Part shown: in pieces, positions 19,282-30,074 of the stretch | Layout: each line of letters starts with the position of its first letter | How positions within the stretch are numbered: the stretch's first letter is position 1 | From: Victivallales bacterium | Lineage (GTDB): Bacteria; Verrucomicrobiota; Lentisphaeria; Victivallales; UBA1829 | Assembly: GCA_045592785.1 (NCBI GenBank) | Contig: JAZNVL010000020.1 | Span: 9,872-73,871, forward strand | Direction of reading: 5' to 3' | Length of the DNA: 64,000 nucleotides | The notes under the pieces: model-generated | What the model saw: the letters and a program-made list of their open reading frames with translations, nothing else | Database searches by the model: none | What the model was told of the DNA's origin: nothing | Position numbers and translations under genes: made by a program

Positions 19282-20715
19282 ATGTCTCACGTTCTTGCCA
19301 TTGATATCGGAACCAGCCGGGTGAAAGCGGCATTGATCGACCGGAAGGGGTCATTGTGTGCCCTGGAATCGGAAAGCGTGAGCCGTACCGATTCGCCTGA
19401 CCGTCAATCCGCAGAAGCCTGGTACGGGATCGCCGCAAGCTGCATCAAACGTGTTATGGGAAAAGGAATTACGCCGGATGGTGTGGCTTTGACGGGCAAC
19501 ATGCACGCCCTGCTGGGGATCGATGCAAACGGACTCCCGGTGGCGGATGCGGAATTATGGTGTTCCACGGCGGCGGGGAAGGAATCGGACGAACTGGCAC
19601 GGGATCACGGCGGGATCATTCTGGCGCGGACAGGGAACCCTGTGACGCCCGTCTTCACTCTGCCGAAAATGCTCCGGATGAAAAAGAACACGCCGGAAGA
19701 CTGGAAACGGGTCCGCTGTTTTCTGCAAGTTAAAGATTATATTGCATACCGTCTGACCGGAGAATGTGTGACTGACGGCACGGATGCCTCCGGCACGTTA
19801 TTGTATCGTCTGGATGAATTACATTGGGATGAAGAACTTGCACAGGAACTTGACATCCCGTTGGATCGACTGCCGCCGGTCCTGAAATCCACGGAGATCT
19901 GCGGCAATGTTTCCCGCACAGCCGCACAGGAAACCGGACTCACTGCCGGGACTCCGGTGGTGATCGGTTGCGGGGATCTGGCGAGCGCGGCGTTGGGCGC
20001 GGGAACGGATCGTGACACGGTCTCGCTCACGCTGGGGACGGCGGGACAGCTTCTTGCGGCGGGCGAACGGGGTCATTACGGCTCTCTGGCGGGAAAACTT
20101 TTTGCATTTGTTCATGCGGATCCCGCGCTGGATCTGTATCTCGGCTCGGTTCCGGGCGGGGGATTTTCTTTTGAATGGCTGGCGAAAAACACGTTCCGGT
20201 GTACGCTGGACGAATTTTTCTCATTGGCGGATCACAGCGCGGAGACACTGCCGGTTTTTCTGCCCTATCTGTTGGGACGTGGTGCGCCGTACATGGATTA
20301 CAAGCCTTGTGCGAAATGGGTTGGCATGACCGCACATCATACATCACAAGACATTGCAGCCGGATCGGTTTATGGCGTACTTTCCGCCCTGCGGCAATCC
20401 TGCGACATATTGGAGAAAAGTATCCACCCGTACCGCAGTGTGGTGTTGCAGTCACTGGCGAACCGGGAGACAGCGGTACGCCGTGCCGCCAACGCACTGT
20501 TCCGTCAGGAAGCGAAAGAACTTCCGCGGAATCCGGAGGCCTCACTGCTCGGGGCAGCTATGCTGGGCATGATCGGACTCGGGGTCTTTTCCACCTTCGG
20601 GGAAGCACAAACGAACATGATCCACAGGGACCGTTTGCCCGTTCCGGATCCGGCGGAAACAGCGCGTGCGCAATCGTATTACCGTCGTTATCTGGCATCT
20701 GCGGACGAAATTTGA
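19282..20715 (+). CDS. FGGY-family carbohydrate kinase (xylulokinase/gluconokinase-like)
   Basis: The N-terminus LAIDIGTSRVKAALID matches the family. The mid-protein motifs VALTGNMHALL and GCGDLASAALGAG also fit. It lies 12 nt downstream of the SIS gene. Confidence 0.8.
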   Translation: MSHVLAIDIGTSRVKAALIDRKGSLCALESESVSRTDSPDRQSAEAWYGIAASCIKRVMGKGITPDGVALTGNMHALLGIDANGLPVADAELWCSTAAGKESDELARDHGGIILARTGNPVTPVFTLPKMLRMKKNTPEDWKRVRCFLQVKDYIAYRLTGECVTDGTDASGTLLYRLDELHWDEELAQELDIPLDRLPPVLKSTEICGNVSRTAAQETGLTAGTPVVIGCGDLASAALGAGTDRDTVSLTLGTAGQLLAAGERGHYGSLAGKLFAFVHADPALDLYLGSVPGGGFSFEWLAKNTFRCTLDEFFSLADHSAETLPVFLPYLLGRGAPYMDYKPCAKWVGMTAHHTSQDIAAGSVYGVLSALRQSCDILEKSIHPYRSVVLQSLANRETAVRRAANALFRQEAKELPRNPEASLLGAAMLGMIGLGVFSTFGEAQTNMIHRDRLPVPDPAETARAQSYYRRYLASADEI

Positions 20716-20848
20716 GTGAAACGGGGGCGGTTCCGGTAAAAAAAGTGAAAAAAAACGCAAAAAAGTTTGATTCTGGACTTTATAAATCGAGAAAGTGTGC
20801 TTTATTACTTACAGTAATAAAACGAAGTGAAGAACCGGAGACAAAATC

Positions 20849-23542
20849 ATGACGGAAAAGAATACGGAACAAATCACAGAAGAGACAAAACCGAAGAAGG
20901 GGATGCGCCTGCTGACCGTGGCAGGACTGGTTTTGCTTCTGCTTTATATTCTGGCGATCATCTCTCACGATGTCAATGACCTGGCATTGATCGAAGGCGG
21001 TCTGGGCAATGACGGCACCGAAGCCAACTGGATCGGAAATATCGGGGCTCATATCGCACGCGCAATGTTTTATCTTTTCGGTCTGGCGGTGTACCCCGTC
21101 GCCGTGATCCTGGTGATCGCGGGGATCCGTACCGTACTGCCCTTCCCCCTGAAACGCCAGGGATATGTGGGCAGTCTGCTCAGTATCGCCGTGGGGATCA
21201 TCCTTCTGATGGCGATGTACCCCGCCCAATTTCAGGAAGAAGCGGAACGGGTCGGGATCGGCAGGATGCTGCATCCGGAGATGTGTCTGACCGGGGGGAC
21301 TATGGGTGCCGTTTTCGCCGCGCCGAAAGTGGTGGAACGGGGTATTCAACTGGAAGCCGGACTTCTCCGCAGGCATATCGGGGAGACCGGAACACTGGTC
21401 GTTGCCCTGGCATTTCTGCTCACCGGATCGTATTTTGTATTCATGCAGGACTGGTTCCCCATGATCCTGGCGAGTTTGCGTAAGGAGCCGATGCAGACAG
21501 CACCTCCGGAACCCGAAGAGGAACCGGAACCGATCCCGGAACCTGTGGTGGAACCGGAACCGTTGCCGCCCCCCCCGCCTGCCCCGGCATCCAATGGTAA
21601 ATTGAGTTTCGCAGACCGTTTCAAAGTGCTTGTAACCGGGAAACCGGTCGGCGAAGTCCCTGCCCCGGAAGTCACGGAAACACCGGTTCCGGAGCCCGCG
21701 CAAATGACAACAGAACCGATTCCGGCGGAAGAACCTTATGAAGAAGAACCGCCCGCCGTTGCCGAAGATATTCCGGAAGAAGAACCGGTGATCATGCCTC
21801 CGCCCCCGGCAGTGAAAAATACGGCAGCGGTCCGCCCGCTCCCGGCAGTGACACAATCGGCGGCTCCCCGTGTTACTCAATTCTCCGACGAGAAGAAGAA
21901 ATATGACAACGAAAAACCGGCTGTCTCCACCGGCACGGATGGCGGCAATCATTTTTCCAACGGTCTGGACTACACTCTGCCCCCGGTCGCCCTTCTGGAT
22001 AAACAGGCGGAAGACCATAAGGAAGACACCGCCCATATCGAGCAGTCCCGGGAACGTCTGCAGCAGACGATGGAAAGTTTCAATGTGGAAGGACATGTGG
22101 GCGAGATCGTGGTCGGCCCCCGCGTGACACGCTTTGAGATCGCACTGGCAGCCGGGGTGAAAGTGGAAAAAGTTTCGGGGATCCAGAACAACATTGCCAT
22201 GGATCTGGCGGCGGAAAGTATCCGTATTCTTGCGCCGATCCCGGGGAAAAACATGGTGGGGATCGAAGTCCCGAACAAAGTTTCCAGTATGGTGTATATC
22301 CGTTCACTCATGGAATCCGCGGCATGGCGGGAAAACAAGTGTCAGATCCCCATTGTGCTGGGACGTGACATTGCCGGTAAAGTCGTGGTCGCCGACCTGG
22401 CAAAAGCGCCGCACCTTCTGATCGCCGGATCAACCGGGTCCGGGAAATCGGTGTGTATGAATACACTCATCATGAGTTTGCTGTTCAAGTTCTCTCCGGC
22501 GGAATTGCGCCTGATCATGGTGGACCCGAAAGTGGTGGAACTGGAAATGTACCGTCCCATCCCCCATTTGATCACGCCGGTGGTGAACGATCCGAAGAAA
22601 GTGCCTCTGGCACTGCGCTGGGGCGTGAACGAAATGGAACGGCGTTACCGCGTGATGGCGAAGGTGAAAGCGAAAGGACTGGAAAGTTTCAACCGCCGTC
22701 CGCAGGATCCTGCCCCGGTATTGGACGAAGACGGCAATGTGATCCCGCAGACACTGCCGCTGGTGATCATCATCATCGACGAGCTGGCGGACATCATGAT
22801 GACGGAAGCCAAGAGCGATGTGGAAACCAGTATCTGTCGTATCGCGCAGAAGGGACGTGCCGCCGGGATCCACCTGGTCATTGCCACACAGACACCGCGA
22901 AAAGACATCATCACCGGTCTCATCAAGGCGAACCTGCCCAGCAAGATCGCGTTCCGCGTGGGCTCCAACATGGACAGCCGCGTGATCCTGGACTGCGGCG
23001 GTGCGGAACGTCTTCTGGGGAAAGGCGATATGCTTTTCAATCAGCCGGGGGCAGCCGGACTGGTCCGTATTCAGGGCGCCATGGTCTCCGATGCCGAGAT
23101 CCAGAAAGTCACCGACTTCGTTTCCGGTCAGGTGGAACAGCACTTCGATGCACAGGTCATGGCGGAAGATGTGCAGGTCCACAGCGGGGAAAATGATGAC
23201 GAACCTGCGGTCAGCCGGAGCAGCCGGGAAGATCAATACGGGGAAGATGTGGATGACATCATCGGGGATCTTCCGGGTGATGAATTCATCAATTCCTGCG
23301 CGGCGAAATATCTGCGTCCGGGCGACTCCGATCTCTTACGGAAAGCACTGGAAATCATTATTATGGAACAGAAGGCCAGTACGTCTTATCTGCAACGGCG
23401 TCTGGGTATCGGATACAACAAGTCTGCGGAATTGATGGATCAGCTGGAAGACCGGGGCATTATCAGTGCGCCGCTCCCCGGCGGACAGAAACGGAACATC
23501 CTCATCACCGACGGCTTGGAAGAAAATCACATTGACATGTAA
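20849..23542 (+). CDS. ftsK: DNA translocase FtsK
   Basis: 897 aa with N-terminal TM helices and a Pro/Glu-rich linker. The motor carries Walker A GSTGSGKS and IIIDELADIMM. A C-terminal gamma winged helix (SYLQRRLGIGYNKSAELMDQLEDRGII) is present. Confidence 0.95.
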   Translation: MTEKNTEQITEETKPKKGMRLLTVAGLVLLLLYILAIISHDVNDLALIEGGLGNDGTEANWIGNIGAHIARAMFYLFGLAVYPVAVILVIAGIRTVLPFPLKRQGYVGSLLSIAVGIILLMAMYPAQFQEEAERVGIGRMLHPEMCLTGGTMGAVFAAPKVVERGIQLEAGLLRRHIGETGTLVVALAFLLTGSYFVFMQDWFPMILASLRKEPMQTAPPEPEEEPEPIPEPVVEPEPLPPPPPAPASNGKLSFADRFKVLVTGKPVGEVPAPEVTETPVPEPAQMTTEPIPAEEPYEEEPPAVAEDIPEEEPVIMPPPPAVKNTAAVRPLPAVTQSAAPRVTQFSDEKKKYDNEKPAVSTGTDGGNHFSNGLDYTLPPVALLDKQAEDHKEDTAHIEQSRERLQQTMESFNVEGHVGEIVVGPRVTRFEIALAAGVKVEKVSGIQNNIAMDLAAESIRILAPIPGKNMVGIEVPNKVSSMVYIRSLMESAAWRENKCQIPIVLGRDIAGKVVVADLAKAPHLLIAGSTGSGKSVCMNTLIMSLLFKFSPAELRLIMVDPKVVELEMYRPIPHLITPVVNDPKKVPLALRWGVNEMERRYRVMAKVKAKGLESFNRRPQDPAPVLDEDGNVIPQTLPLVIIIIDELADIMMTEAKSDVETSICRIAQKGRAAGIHLVIATQTPRKDIITGLIKANLPSKIAFRVGSNMDSRVILDCGGAERLLGKGDMLFNQPGAAGLVRIQGAMVSDAEIQKVTDFVSGQVEQHFDAQVMAEDVQVHSGENDDEPAVSRSSREDQYGEDVDDIIGDLPGDEFINSCAAKYLRPGDSDLLRKALEIIIMEQKASTSYLQRRLGIGYNKSAELMDQLEDRGIISAPLPGGQKRNILITDGLEENHIDM

Positions 23543-23560
23543 CCGGAAGGAATCCCTTTG

Positions 23561-24433
23561 ATGAACGATAATACCCCCGAAAACAATACCGTGCCCCCGC
23601 CGGAACCCCACGATCTGTTCAGCGCGGATACGGAATTTGCTCCACCCCCGCCGCCGCCCGCCGCCATGATGCAGAAAACGGAAGCCGTCGCAGTGCCCCC
23701 GCCCGTGATTGCGGCAGAAGCACCGAAGCCCCTTTCCGCCTCGACCCCTGTCCCGGCATCTGCGCCTGCGCCGAAACCGGCGGTAAACCGGAATACAGTT
23801 CCCGCAGCCGGCGGCAATTTTCACCGGAACGGACTGGTGTTGAAAGCGGATCAATTTGCGCATGATGCGAAATACGGCGATATGCTCCGGGCAGCCCGTG
23901 AACATTTGAAACTTACGGTGGAAGATGTGGCGCAGCACACCCGTTTGCGGGCGTATTACATTTACGCCATGGAAGATTCTCTGGCGGACCGTCTGCCGCC
24001 CGCCGTGTATGTGAGATCGTACATTCAGACGTTGAGTGTGTATTATGCCCTTGATGAAAAAAGCAAGGCATTGATCCGGGAACGGTTCGACAAGCAGCAT
24101 GAGGAATCGGCATCCGACATTCCCACCGCATTGCTGGAAACACTGGAAAAAGATGTGAAAGTCAATGAGGCGGAAGACCGTCGCGTGCAGAAAGTGTTCC
24201 GGATCGCAATATGCTCGGTCACCGTCCTGATCCTGTTGGTCATCTGGGCGATCTTCGCCATCGTGAAGATGTCCGGAACGCCGTCCACACCCGCTGCCGA
24301 TCCGGGCGCATTGGAGCCGCCCTCCGCCCAGCCCGTATTCACGCAGGAGGAATTTGACAGCCTGACCACGCCCCAGATGCCGGATACCACCATTCTGGAA
24401 ATGAACAGCAAACCCCGTGCGGTCCGGAACTGA
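23561..24433 (+). CDS. RodZ-like helix-turn-helix membrane protein
   Basis: It has a Pro-rich N-terminus. An XRE-type HTH follows (LRAAREHLKLTVEDVAQHTRLRAYYIYAMED...YVRSYIQTLSVYY). A single TM helix (IAICSVTVLILLVIWAIFAIV) comes next. The ATG at 23561 is preferred over the track TTG at 23558; GGAAGGA lies upstream. Confidence 0.6.
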   Translation: MNDNTPENNTVPPPEPHDLFSADTEFAPPPPPPAAMMQKTEAVAVPPPVIAAEAPKPLSASTPVPASAPAPKPAVNRNTVPAAGGNFHRNGLVLKADQFAHDAKYGDMLRAAREHLKLTVEDVAQHTRLRAYYIYAMEDSLADRLPPAVYVRSYIQTLSVYYALDEKSKALIRERFDKQHEESASDIPTALLETLEKDVKVNEAEDRRVQKVFRIAICSVTVLILLVIWAIFAIVKMSGTPSTPAADPGALEPPSAQPVFTQEEFDSLTTPQMPDTTILEMNSKPRAVRN

Positions 24434-24438
24434 AAGCA

Positions 24439-25497
24439 ATGAAACGCGTTTTTTTCACCCTCGCACTTTTTCTTGGCGGACTGCAACTTTTCACATCCTG
24501 CGCATGCGCAGAGAAAGCACAGGTAACAATGACACCAATCACTCTCGATCAGACTTATTTTTCCGGAATTCTGGAATACATCACGGAAGACGGCAGGATC
24601 TCACCCCGCCGGATGCCCGAAAACCTCATGGGATTCGACAAGTATATGAAATCCTGTTCCGCCGGGATCCGCATCCTGCTGGAAACGGACAGTCCCCGTT
24701 TGAAACTGGAACAGATGTTTTACAAACGGGACAGCGTTGATTTCACGGGGACGACGTCTGTTGTGGTGGATCATGGTGTGCCCGTAACGTTCAACGCCCC
24801 TGCCCCGCCTCACGAAAAAGGCGGCGACACGTTCGCGTTTGAAATGGAACTGCCGGGCGATGGTCTCATGCACCGGGTGGAGATCTGGCTTCCCTTCGGC
24901 AGAAGGACCGCGATCACGGGATTGTATCTGGCGGAAAATGCCCGGGTCAAGCCCGCCGCGCCGGAAGAAAAAACGATCCTGTTTCTGGGCGACTCCATCA
25001 CCCAGGGCTTCTTCGGACAGGGGATCCGGACCTGGGCAAGTCTTTTTGCCCACAGCCGGAAAGCCAATCTTGTGAATCTGGGGATCGGCGGAGCCACCAT
25101 GCCGCCGGAAAAGGATATCCAGTCTGCCAGCGATGCCGTCAAACGGGATATCACGTTCCTGGCGTTCGGGGTCAATGACTGTTCCCGGAAACGGCCGCCG
25201 GAGGAATTCCGCAAAGACGCCGCCGATGCATTGGCGATCCTGACAAAAAAAGGTCCGGTCGTCGTCATGACTCCGCTCCATTCCCCCCTGAAAATACGGC
25301 AGGGACTGGGCGAAAGTCTGGAACAGTTCCGGCAGATCCTCCGGGAGGAAGCCAAACGGTACGATAACGTGACCGTTGTGGAAGGGACTGAACTTCTGCC
25401 CTGTGATGACAAGTATTTCGGTGACGGCTTGCATCCGACACCGGAAGGGATGCAGTATATTTTTGAATCGTTGAAAACAAAAGTTCCTGCGTTTTGA
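24439..25497 (+). CDS. SGNH/GDSL-family hydrolase with N-terminal signal peptide
   Basis: A signal-like N-terminus ends at ...LFTSCAC. Block I is ILFLGDSITQGF, block III is GVNDCS and block V is DGLHPTPEG. Confidence 0.75.
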   Translation: MKRVFFTLALFLGGLQLFTSCACAEKAQVTMTPITLDQTYFSGILEYITEDGRISPRRMPENLMGFDKYMKSCSAGIRILLETDSPRLKLEQMFYKRDSVDFTGTTSVVVDHGVPVTFNAPAPPHEKGGDTFAFEMELPGDGLMHRVEIWLPFGRRTAITGLYLAENARVKPAAPEEKTILFLGDSITQGFFGQGIRTWASLFAHSRKANLVNLGIGGATMPPEKDIQSASDAVKRDITFLAFGVNDCSRKRPPEEFRKDAADALAILTKKGPVVVMTPLHSPLKIRQGLGESLEQFRQILREEAKRYDNVTVVEGTELLPCDDKYFGDGLHPTPEGMQYIFESLKTKVPAF

Positions 25498-25643
25498 CGG
25501 TCCAACTTCTGATTTTTTGCAACTTTTCCAGCAAAAAAATACAATAAATCGCATTTTTTTTCGATCCGGGTATTGCTTTTTTTGAAAAATAGTGTATAAT
25601 TATATTACATATAGGAAAACAGCTTTTTAAACAGGAGAGAAAT

Positions 25644-26570
25644 ATGCTGAACAAATGGAACACGGAACACATCTTTTGTTCACCTGCCCGCGGGCAGGTG
25701 AAGCAGTACTGCTTCACCCTGATCGAACTTCTGGTCGTCATCGCGATCATCGCTATTCTGGCGGCTATGCTGTTCCCCGCGCTGGGCAAAGTGAAAGATA
25801 CGGGCACCCGCGCCGTGTGCATTAACAACATGAAACAGTATTTTGCGGCACTGAATGCGTACAGCAGTGATCATAACGATCTGATCCCGCCGCACATGAT
25901 CTCCTATAAGAGATTGGAAAGCAACGGAACCACATCAACGCAGTATCTTCACATTACAAGACAGCTGGTTGATAATTACTCCAAATTCTTCAGTGATCAG
26001 CGCCGTTTCGCTGCCAATTCCCCCAAAAAGACACGTTCGCAGCAGGGACTTGTCTGCCCCTGGTATAATGAAAAACGTTTTTATTACAACAGTCACGACT
26101 TTGATAGCGGCTACACTCCGGGGACATACCAGCGAGTTCCCAAAAGTCACAGTTTGAGTGATCTTAACTTCAACCGGGTGAAGAAACCGGCAAGCAAGGC
26201 CTACATCATGGAATTCGTCGGCGGATATGGCCAGTTCTGCAAGTCGATCCCCGGTCATGCCCTCACGGCGATCGACAAGCAAAAAAATATCGCCTATTGG
26301 GTTGTGGACAACCGGGTCAAATATTTTGACGATCCCTTTGTCCAGTCCAGCGGTTTCCCCGGGGAACTCAATCAGAGATATGCACCGGAAGCACAGGTGA
26401 TGAGAGACCTGATGAAGGGCAGACATGGCGGAGTCAACAACACCGTCTGGCTGGATGGTCATGTTTCCTCCGCAAACGGGAAAGCACTGCAAAGAGAATG
26501 GAATAAGGAACACGAACCGTATACGACCTTGACACCGGCACAACAGCAGTTCGGTTATTACACGCATTGA
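25644..26570 (+). CDS. prepilin-type N-terminal methylation-domain protein with C-terminal H-X9-DG motif (DUF1559-like pseudopilin)
   Basis: It has [24 protein letters not shown] near the N-terminus and [13 protein letters not shown] (H-X9-DG) near the C-terminus. AGGAGAG lies upstream of the ATG. Confidence 0.8.
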   Translation: MLNKWNTEHIFCSPARGQVKQYCFTLIELLVVIAIIAILAAMLFPALGKVKDTGTRAVCINNMKQYFAALNAYSSDHNDLIPPHMISYKRLESNGTTSTQYLHITRQLVDNYSKFFSDQRRFAANSPKKTRSQQGLVCPWYNEKRFYYNSHDFDSGYTPGTYQRVPKSHSLSDLNFNRVKKPASKAYIMEFVGGYGQFCKSIPGHALTAIDKQKNIAYWVVDNRVKYFDDPFVQSSGFPGELNQRYAPEAQVMRDLMKGRHGGVNNTVWLDGHVSSANGKALQREWNKEHEPYTTLTPAQQQFGYYTH

Positions 26571-26661
26571 TCGTTCGCGGAGGACGCCACGATATTTTCC
26601 GGTATTGATTTTGCAGAAAAGATATATTATTACGGGAATAACAAACCCATGGAGGAAGAAA

Positions 26662-27525
26662 ATGAGAAAATATAAACCGTCCCGTCGTTTTACGCTGATC
26701 GAACTACTGGTTGTGATCGCGATCATCGCTATTCTGGCGGCGATGCTTCTTCCTGCATTGGGCAAGGTCAGGGATACAGGAACAAGAACTTTGTGTTCCA
26801 ATAACTTGAAACAGTATTTCATGGTTCTGTATTCCTACGCCAATGATCACGGGGGGTTGATCCTGCCCCACAAGACCGTCATTCCCAACGGAAAGGGCGG
26901 TTATACGTCCTGGAACGGCACATGGGTACTTGCGACCTATTACAATAAACAATTCACAGATTCGCGCCTCCCGGCCAGTAAGAAAAGAAGTTTGCTGGGG
27001 TTGGTTTGCCCCTGGTATGATGAAAAGCGGATCTACAGTGATGCCCATGAATATGATTCGTTGTGTACTCCGGGGGTCTACTTCCGCATTCCTCACTATG
27101 TCTACACCGGCGATTATCAGTACCAGATCTCATACAGCGAACTGGGGAAATACAATTTCAATCGGGTGAAACGCGCTTCCTCCAAAATATTTATCCGCGA
27201 AAATATCGGCGGATTCGGCATGTTCGGCTCCGCGATCCCGGGACACTGTCTTACCGATGCCAGAAAATCGAATTTTTCCTGGGATCACTGGCGTCCCAAC
27301 AACAGAAACACCACAGCTGCAACCAATCACATGCATTACGCCTCCGCCCAACAACTCTACTACGACCTGAAAAAAGGCCGTCACGGCGGCAAGATCAGCA
27401 TAATCTGGCTGGATGGACATCTGACGGTCAAATCGGGCAAGGAACTGCAGAAAGATGCCAACGCAGAATACAATAAACCAGACCTGCCCCATTCCGCGTA
27501 TAAGTTCGACTATTACGATGAATGA
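26662..27525 (+). CDS. prepilin-type N-terminal methylation-domain protein with H-X9-DG motif (paralog)
   Basis: It has [33 protein letters not shown] and [13 protein letters not shown]. Start moved to the ATG at 26662, preceded by GGAGGAAG. Confidence 0.8.
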   Translation: MRKYKPSRRFTLIELLVVIAIIAILAAMLLPALGKVRDTGTRTLCSNNLKQYFMVLYSYANDHGGLILPHKTVIPNGKGGYTSWNGTWVLATYYNKQFTDSRLPASKKRSLLGLVCPWYDEKRIYSDAHEYDSLCTPGVYFRIPHYVYTGDYQYQISYSELGKYNFNRVKRASSKIFIRENIGGFGMFGSAIPGHCLTDARKSNFSWDHWRPNNRNTTAATNHMHYASAQQLYYDLKKGRHGGKISIIWLDGHLTVKSGKELQKDANAEYNKPDLPHSAYKFDYYDE

Positions 27526-28063
27526 GAAAGAAGTCCCGCTGCTGCTGCATATCTGTTGCGGGCCATGTGCCACAGGATGTCTTCCCCGTTTGACAGACCG
27601 GGAAGTGGTGCTGTATTATTCCAATTCCAACTTGTGCAGTCCGGAAGAATATGAGAAACGTCTGGACTCCGCGTGCCGTGTCGCCAAAGCCTTCGGCAGG
27701 GAACTGCTGACCGATCCCTACGATCACGAAAGCTGGCTTGCTCATGTGACAGCCGCCCACGGTGATCCGGCGCAATACCGGGAAAAGGGCTTGCGTTGCG
27801 GCGCATGTTTCGCCTGGTCGTTATCCCGTACAGCAGAAAAGGCAGCGGAACTGGGGATGCACTTTGCCACCACGCTGACCGTGAGTCCGCATAAAAACTC
27901 CCGTCTGATCTTTTCCATCGGGGGAGCATACGCGCATTTCGAACCCTGGGACTTCAAGAAAGAAAACGGGTTCGCGCTTTCCATTGCGGAAAGCAAACGG
28001 CTGGAATTATACCGTCAGAACTTCTGCGGCTGTGAATTTTCCCGCACGGAACGGGGCTTGTAA
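27518..28063 (+). CDS. queH: epoxyqueuosine reductase QueH (DUF208)
   Basis: It has [11 protein letters not shown], ...RCGACF... and ...FCGCEFS, the Cys motifs typical of QueH. The ATG at 27518 overlaps the upstream stop by 8 nt. Confidence 0.85.
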   Translation: MNEKEVPLLLHICCGPCATGCLPRLTDREVVLYYSNSNLCSPEEYEKRLDSACRVAKAFGRELLTDPYDHESWLAHVTAAHGDPAQYREKGLRCGACFAWSLSRTAEKAAELGMHFATTLTVSPHKNSRLIFSIGGAYAHFEPWDFKKENGFALSIAESKRLELYRQNFCGCEFSRTERGL

Positions 28064-28065
28064 TC

Positions 28066-29067
28066 TCACTGATAAAGTTCACGGATCCGCAGGAGACGTA
28101 CCCGGATCTTATCTGCTTTCTGATAATATTCGCTGGATTTTTCCCGTTCGTAGATCTTCAGGAACTGTGTGGTCTTATCCAGTTTCATATCAATGATCTT
28201 CAATGCTTTCACCCGGTCACTGGCGGGGATCACATACTGATTCACCGGTTCCAGACGCTGGAAGTCGTACAGGATATTCGTTTTGAGGAACTGCACCTTT
28301 TCCAGTTCCGCCAGGATGGCGGCATCGCTGGGGGGCGGCGGATTCAGGACCGGGGGATTCTTCCCGGATTTCTCCGTTGCCTTGAACGGGGTGAAGAAAA
28401 GGGTGACTTTCATTTCGCCCTTGATGGCTTCTTCGGGGATCTTTTCGGTGACTGCGGCGTATTCATGGTTGATGTTGGAGGCGTTGAGGACGGCATTGAG
28501 GATGGTGTTTGCATCCCCGGAATTGATATTGATGAGGTTGCCATCCAGAGAAGCCATACACTTTTTGGAAGAGAAATTGGAGCCGACGAACACATAGCCG
28601 TCATCGGACTTATGGGTGCCGGTACTCACGTCTTCCAGCCATTCATCGGCTTTGAACACTTTGCCGTCCGGAAGTTTCACCATGACATCAAACTTTGCAC
28701 CCTGGGGGATCTCCAATCCTTCCACCATGGGACCATTGCGGTATCCGGTGAGGATGAGTGCCTGTTGAAGCCGGAAAGGATCGACTTCGGTCCAGAACAG
28801 ACTTTCGTGCATTCTGCCGCGTTTGGTGGAGACCACGACTTCGATGGTTCCGGTGGTCACGTTGACGGTGGCAGGGAAGGAGATCTGCCGTGTCTTCCGG
28901 TCGATCACCAGCTGATCCAGCAGGACATTTCCCTTGTCATCGATCTTTGCGCCGATGGCATCCATGAACCGCTGTTCGGCTTCGGTAGGTTTGCGGGGCG
29001 CGGGAGTTTCTGCGGCGGAAATACCGGCAGAGAAAACGGCAAGCAGAAGCAGAAAGAAATATTTCAT
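28066..29067 (-). CDS. secreted hypothetical protein (possibly YdjY-like N-terminal domain)
   Basis: The signal peptide is MKYFFLLLLAVFSAGISAAE. Its ATG overlaps the gpsA stop by 4 nt. The opposite-strand ORF 28465..29100 looks antisense. The domain call rests on weak memory only. Confidence 0.55.
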   Translation of the reverse strand: MKYFFLLLLAVFSAGISAAETPAPRKPTEAEQRFMDAIGAKIDDKGNVLLDQLVIDRKTRQISFPATVNVTTGTIEVVVSTKRGRMHESLFWTEVDPFRLQQALILTGYRNGPMVEGLEIPQGAKFDVMVKLPDGKVFKADEWLEDVSTGTHKSDDGYVFVGSNFSSKKCMASLDGNLININSGDANTILNAVLNASNINHEYAAVTEKIPEEAIKGEMKVTLFFTPFKATEKSGKNPPVLNPPPPSDAAILAELEKVQFLKTNILYDFQRLEPVNQYVIPASDRVKALKIIDMKLDKTTQFLKIYEREKSSEYYQKADKIRVRLLRIRELYQ

Positions 29068-30074
29068 TCGGATTTTGCCTTTCGTGTCATGAGTTCATAA
29101 ATGATTTCAGCGGGAGGACGATCCCGGAAGAGGACTTCGTAAACGCCATTGACCAGCGGAGTTTCCACCCCGGCTTTTTCCGCCAGAAGTTTCGCACCTT
29201 CACAGGTACGCACCCCTTCGGCGACCACCATGTTCATGGATTCAATGATCTCGGCAAGTTTCCGTCCTTTTCCCAATTCTTCGCCCACATACCGGTTACG
29301 GCTGTGACGGCTCATACAGGTCACGATCAGGTCCCCGATCCCGCCCAGACCGGAAAATGTCTGGCGTTTCCCGCCCAGTTTCACGCCGAGCCGGGCGAGT
29401 TCCGCAATGCCGCGGGTCATAAGCGCAGCCTTGGAGTTGTCACCCATGCCGATCCCGTCCAGGATCCCGGCGGCAATGGCAAAGACGTTCTTCAAAGCAC
29501 CGCCCAGTTCCACACCGATGACGTCACGGCAGGTATAGACCCGGAACCGTTCGTTCATGAAAGCCTTCTGGACTTTTTTTGCGATACGGAGATCTCCGGA
29601 AGCCGCGACGACCAGCGTGGGGATCCCGCGGGAAACTTCTTCCGCATGACTGGGTCCGGAGAGACAGACGTACTGGGTCCTGCCCAGGACCTCTTCGCAC
29701 AACTCACTCATACGGAGGAGAGTGTCGGCTTCGATCCCTTTGGCGATATCCACAATGATCTGTTTTTCCGCATCCAGATGGGGTTTAAGTTTTTCCAGAG
29801 TCCCGCGCAGATACTGGGAGGGTGTGCCCAGAACAATGATCGCGGCATCTTTCACGGCGGCGGCGATATCGGAAGTGACGGTGATCCCGGCAGGGATGGC
29901 GACGCCTGGAAGGAACCGTTTGTTTTCGTGTTCGCGGTTGATCGCCTGCACGTTTTCTTCGAACGCGCCCCAGAGGGTCACGGCATGTTTATTGTGATGA
30001 AGGTTGAGAGCCAGCGCGGTACCCCAGGCACCGTCACCGAGCACACACATCTTCTGCGGTTTTGTCTTGCTCAT
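29064..30074 (-). CDS. gpsA: NAD(P)H-dependent glycerol-3-phosphate dehydrogenase
   Basis: It has VLGDGAWGTALA (Rossmann), ...PSQ..., GLGGIGDLIVTC and NMVVAEGV, which are collinear with GpsA. Confidence 0.9.
   Translation of the reverse strand: MSKTKPQKMCVLGDGAWGTALALNLHHNKHAVTLWGAFEENVQAINREHENKRFLPGVAIPAGITVTSDIAAAVKDAAIIVLGTPSQYLRGTLEKLKPHLDAEKQIIVDIAKGIEADTLLRMSELCEEVLGRTQYVCLSGPSHAEEVSRGIPTLVVAASGDLRIAKKVQKAFMNERFRVYTCRDVIGVELGGALKNVFAIAAGILDGIGMGDNSKAALMTRGIAELARLGVKLGGKRQTFSGLGGIGDLIVTCMSRHSRNRYVGEELGKGRKLAEIIESMNMVVAEGVRTCEGAKLLAEKAGVETPLVNGVYEVLFRDRPPAEIIYELMTRKAKSE

Noticed and set aside
21480-21830. Repetitive Pro/Glu-rich coding DNA (PEPEEEPEPIPEPVVEPEPLPPPPP)
   Set aside because: This is the low-complexity linker of FtsK between the membrane and motor domains, not a tandem-repeat element or CRISPR-like array.
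20780-24439. Minus-strand ORFs 20780..22096, 22430..23236 and 23336..24439 opposite ftsK and the rodZ-like gene
   Set aside because: Their Arg/His/Gly/Phe-rich translations have no motifs. The plus strand encodes a complete FtsK and an HTH+TM RodZ-like protein.
25700-26780. Near-identical ~26-nt DNA segment shared by the two pseudopilin genes, considered as a repeat or recombination element
   Set aside because: It is explained by paralogy of the conserved prepilin N-terminal helix coding region. It is not an independent repeat.
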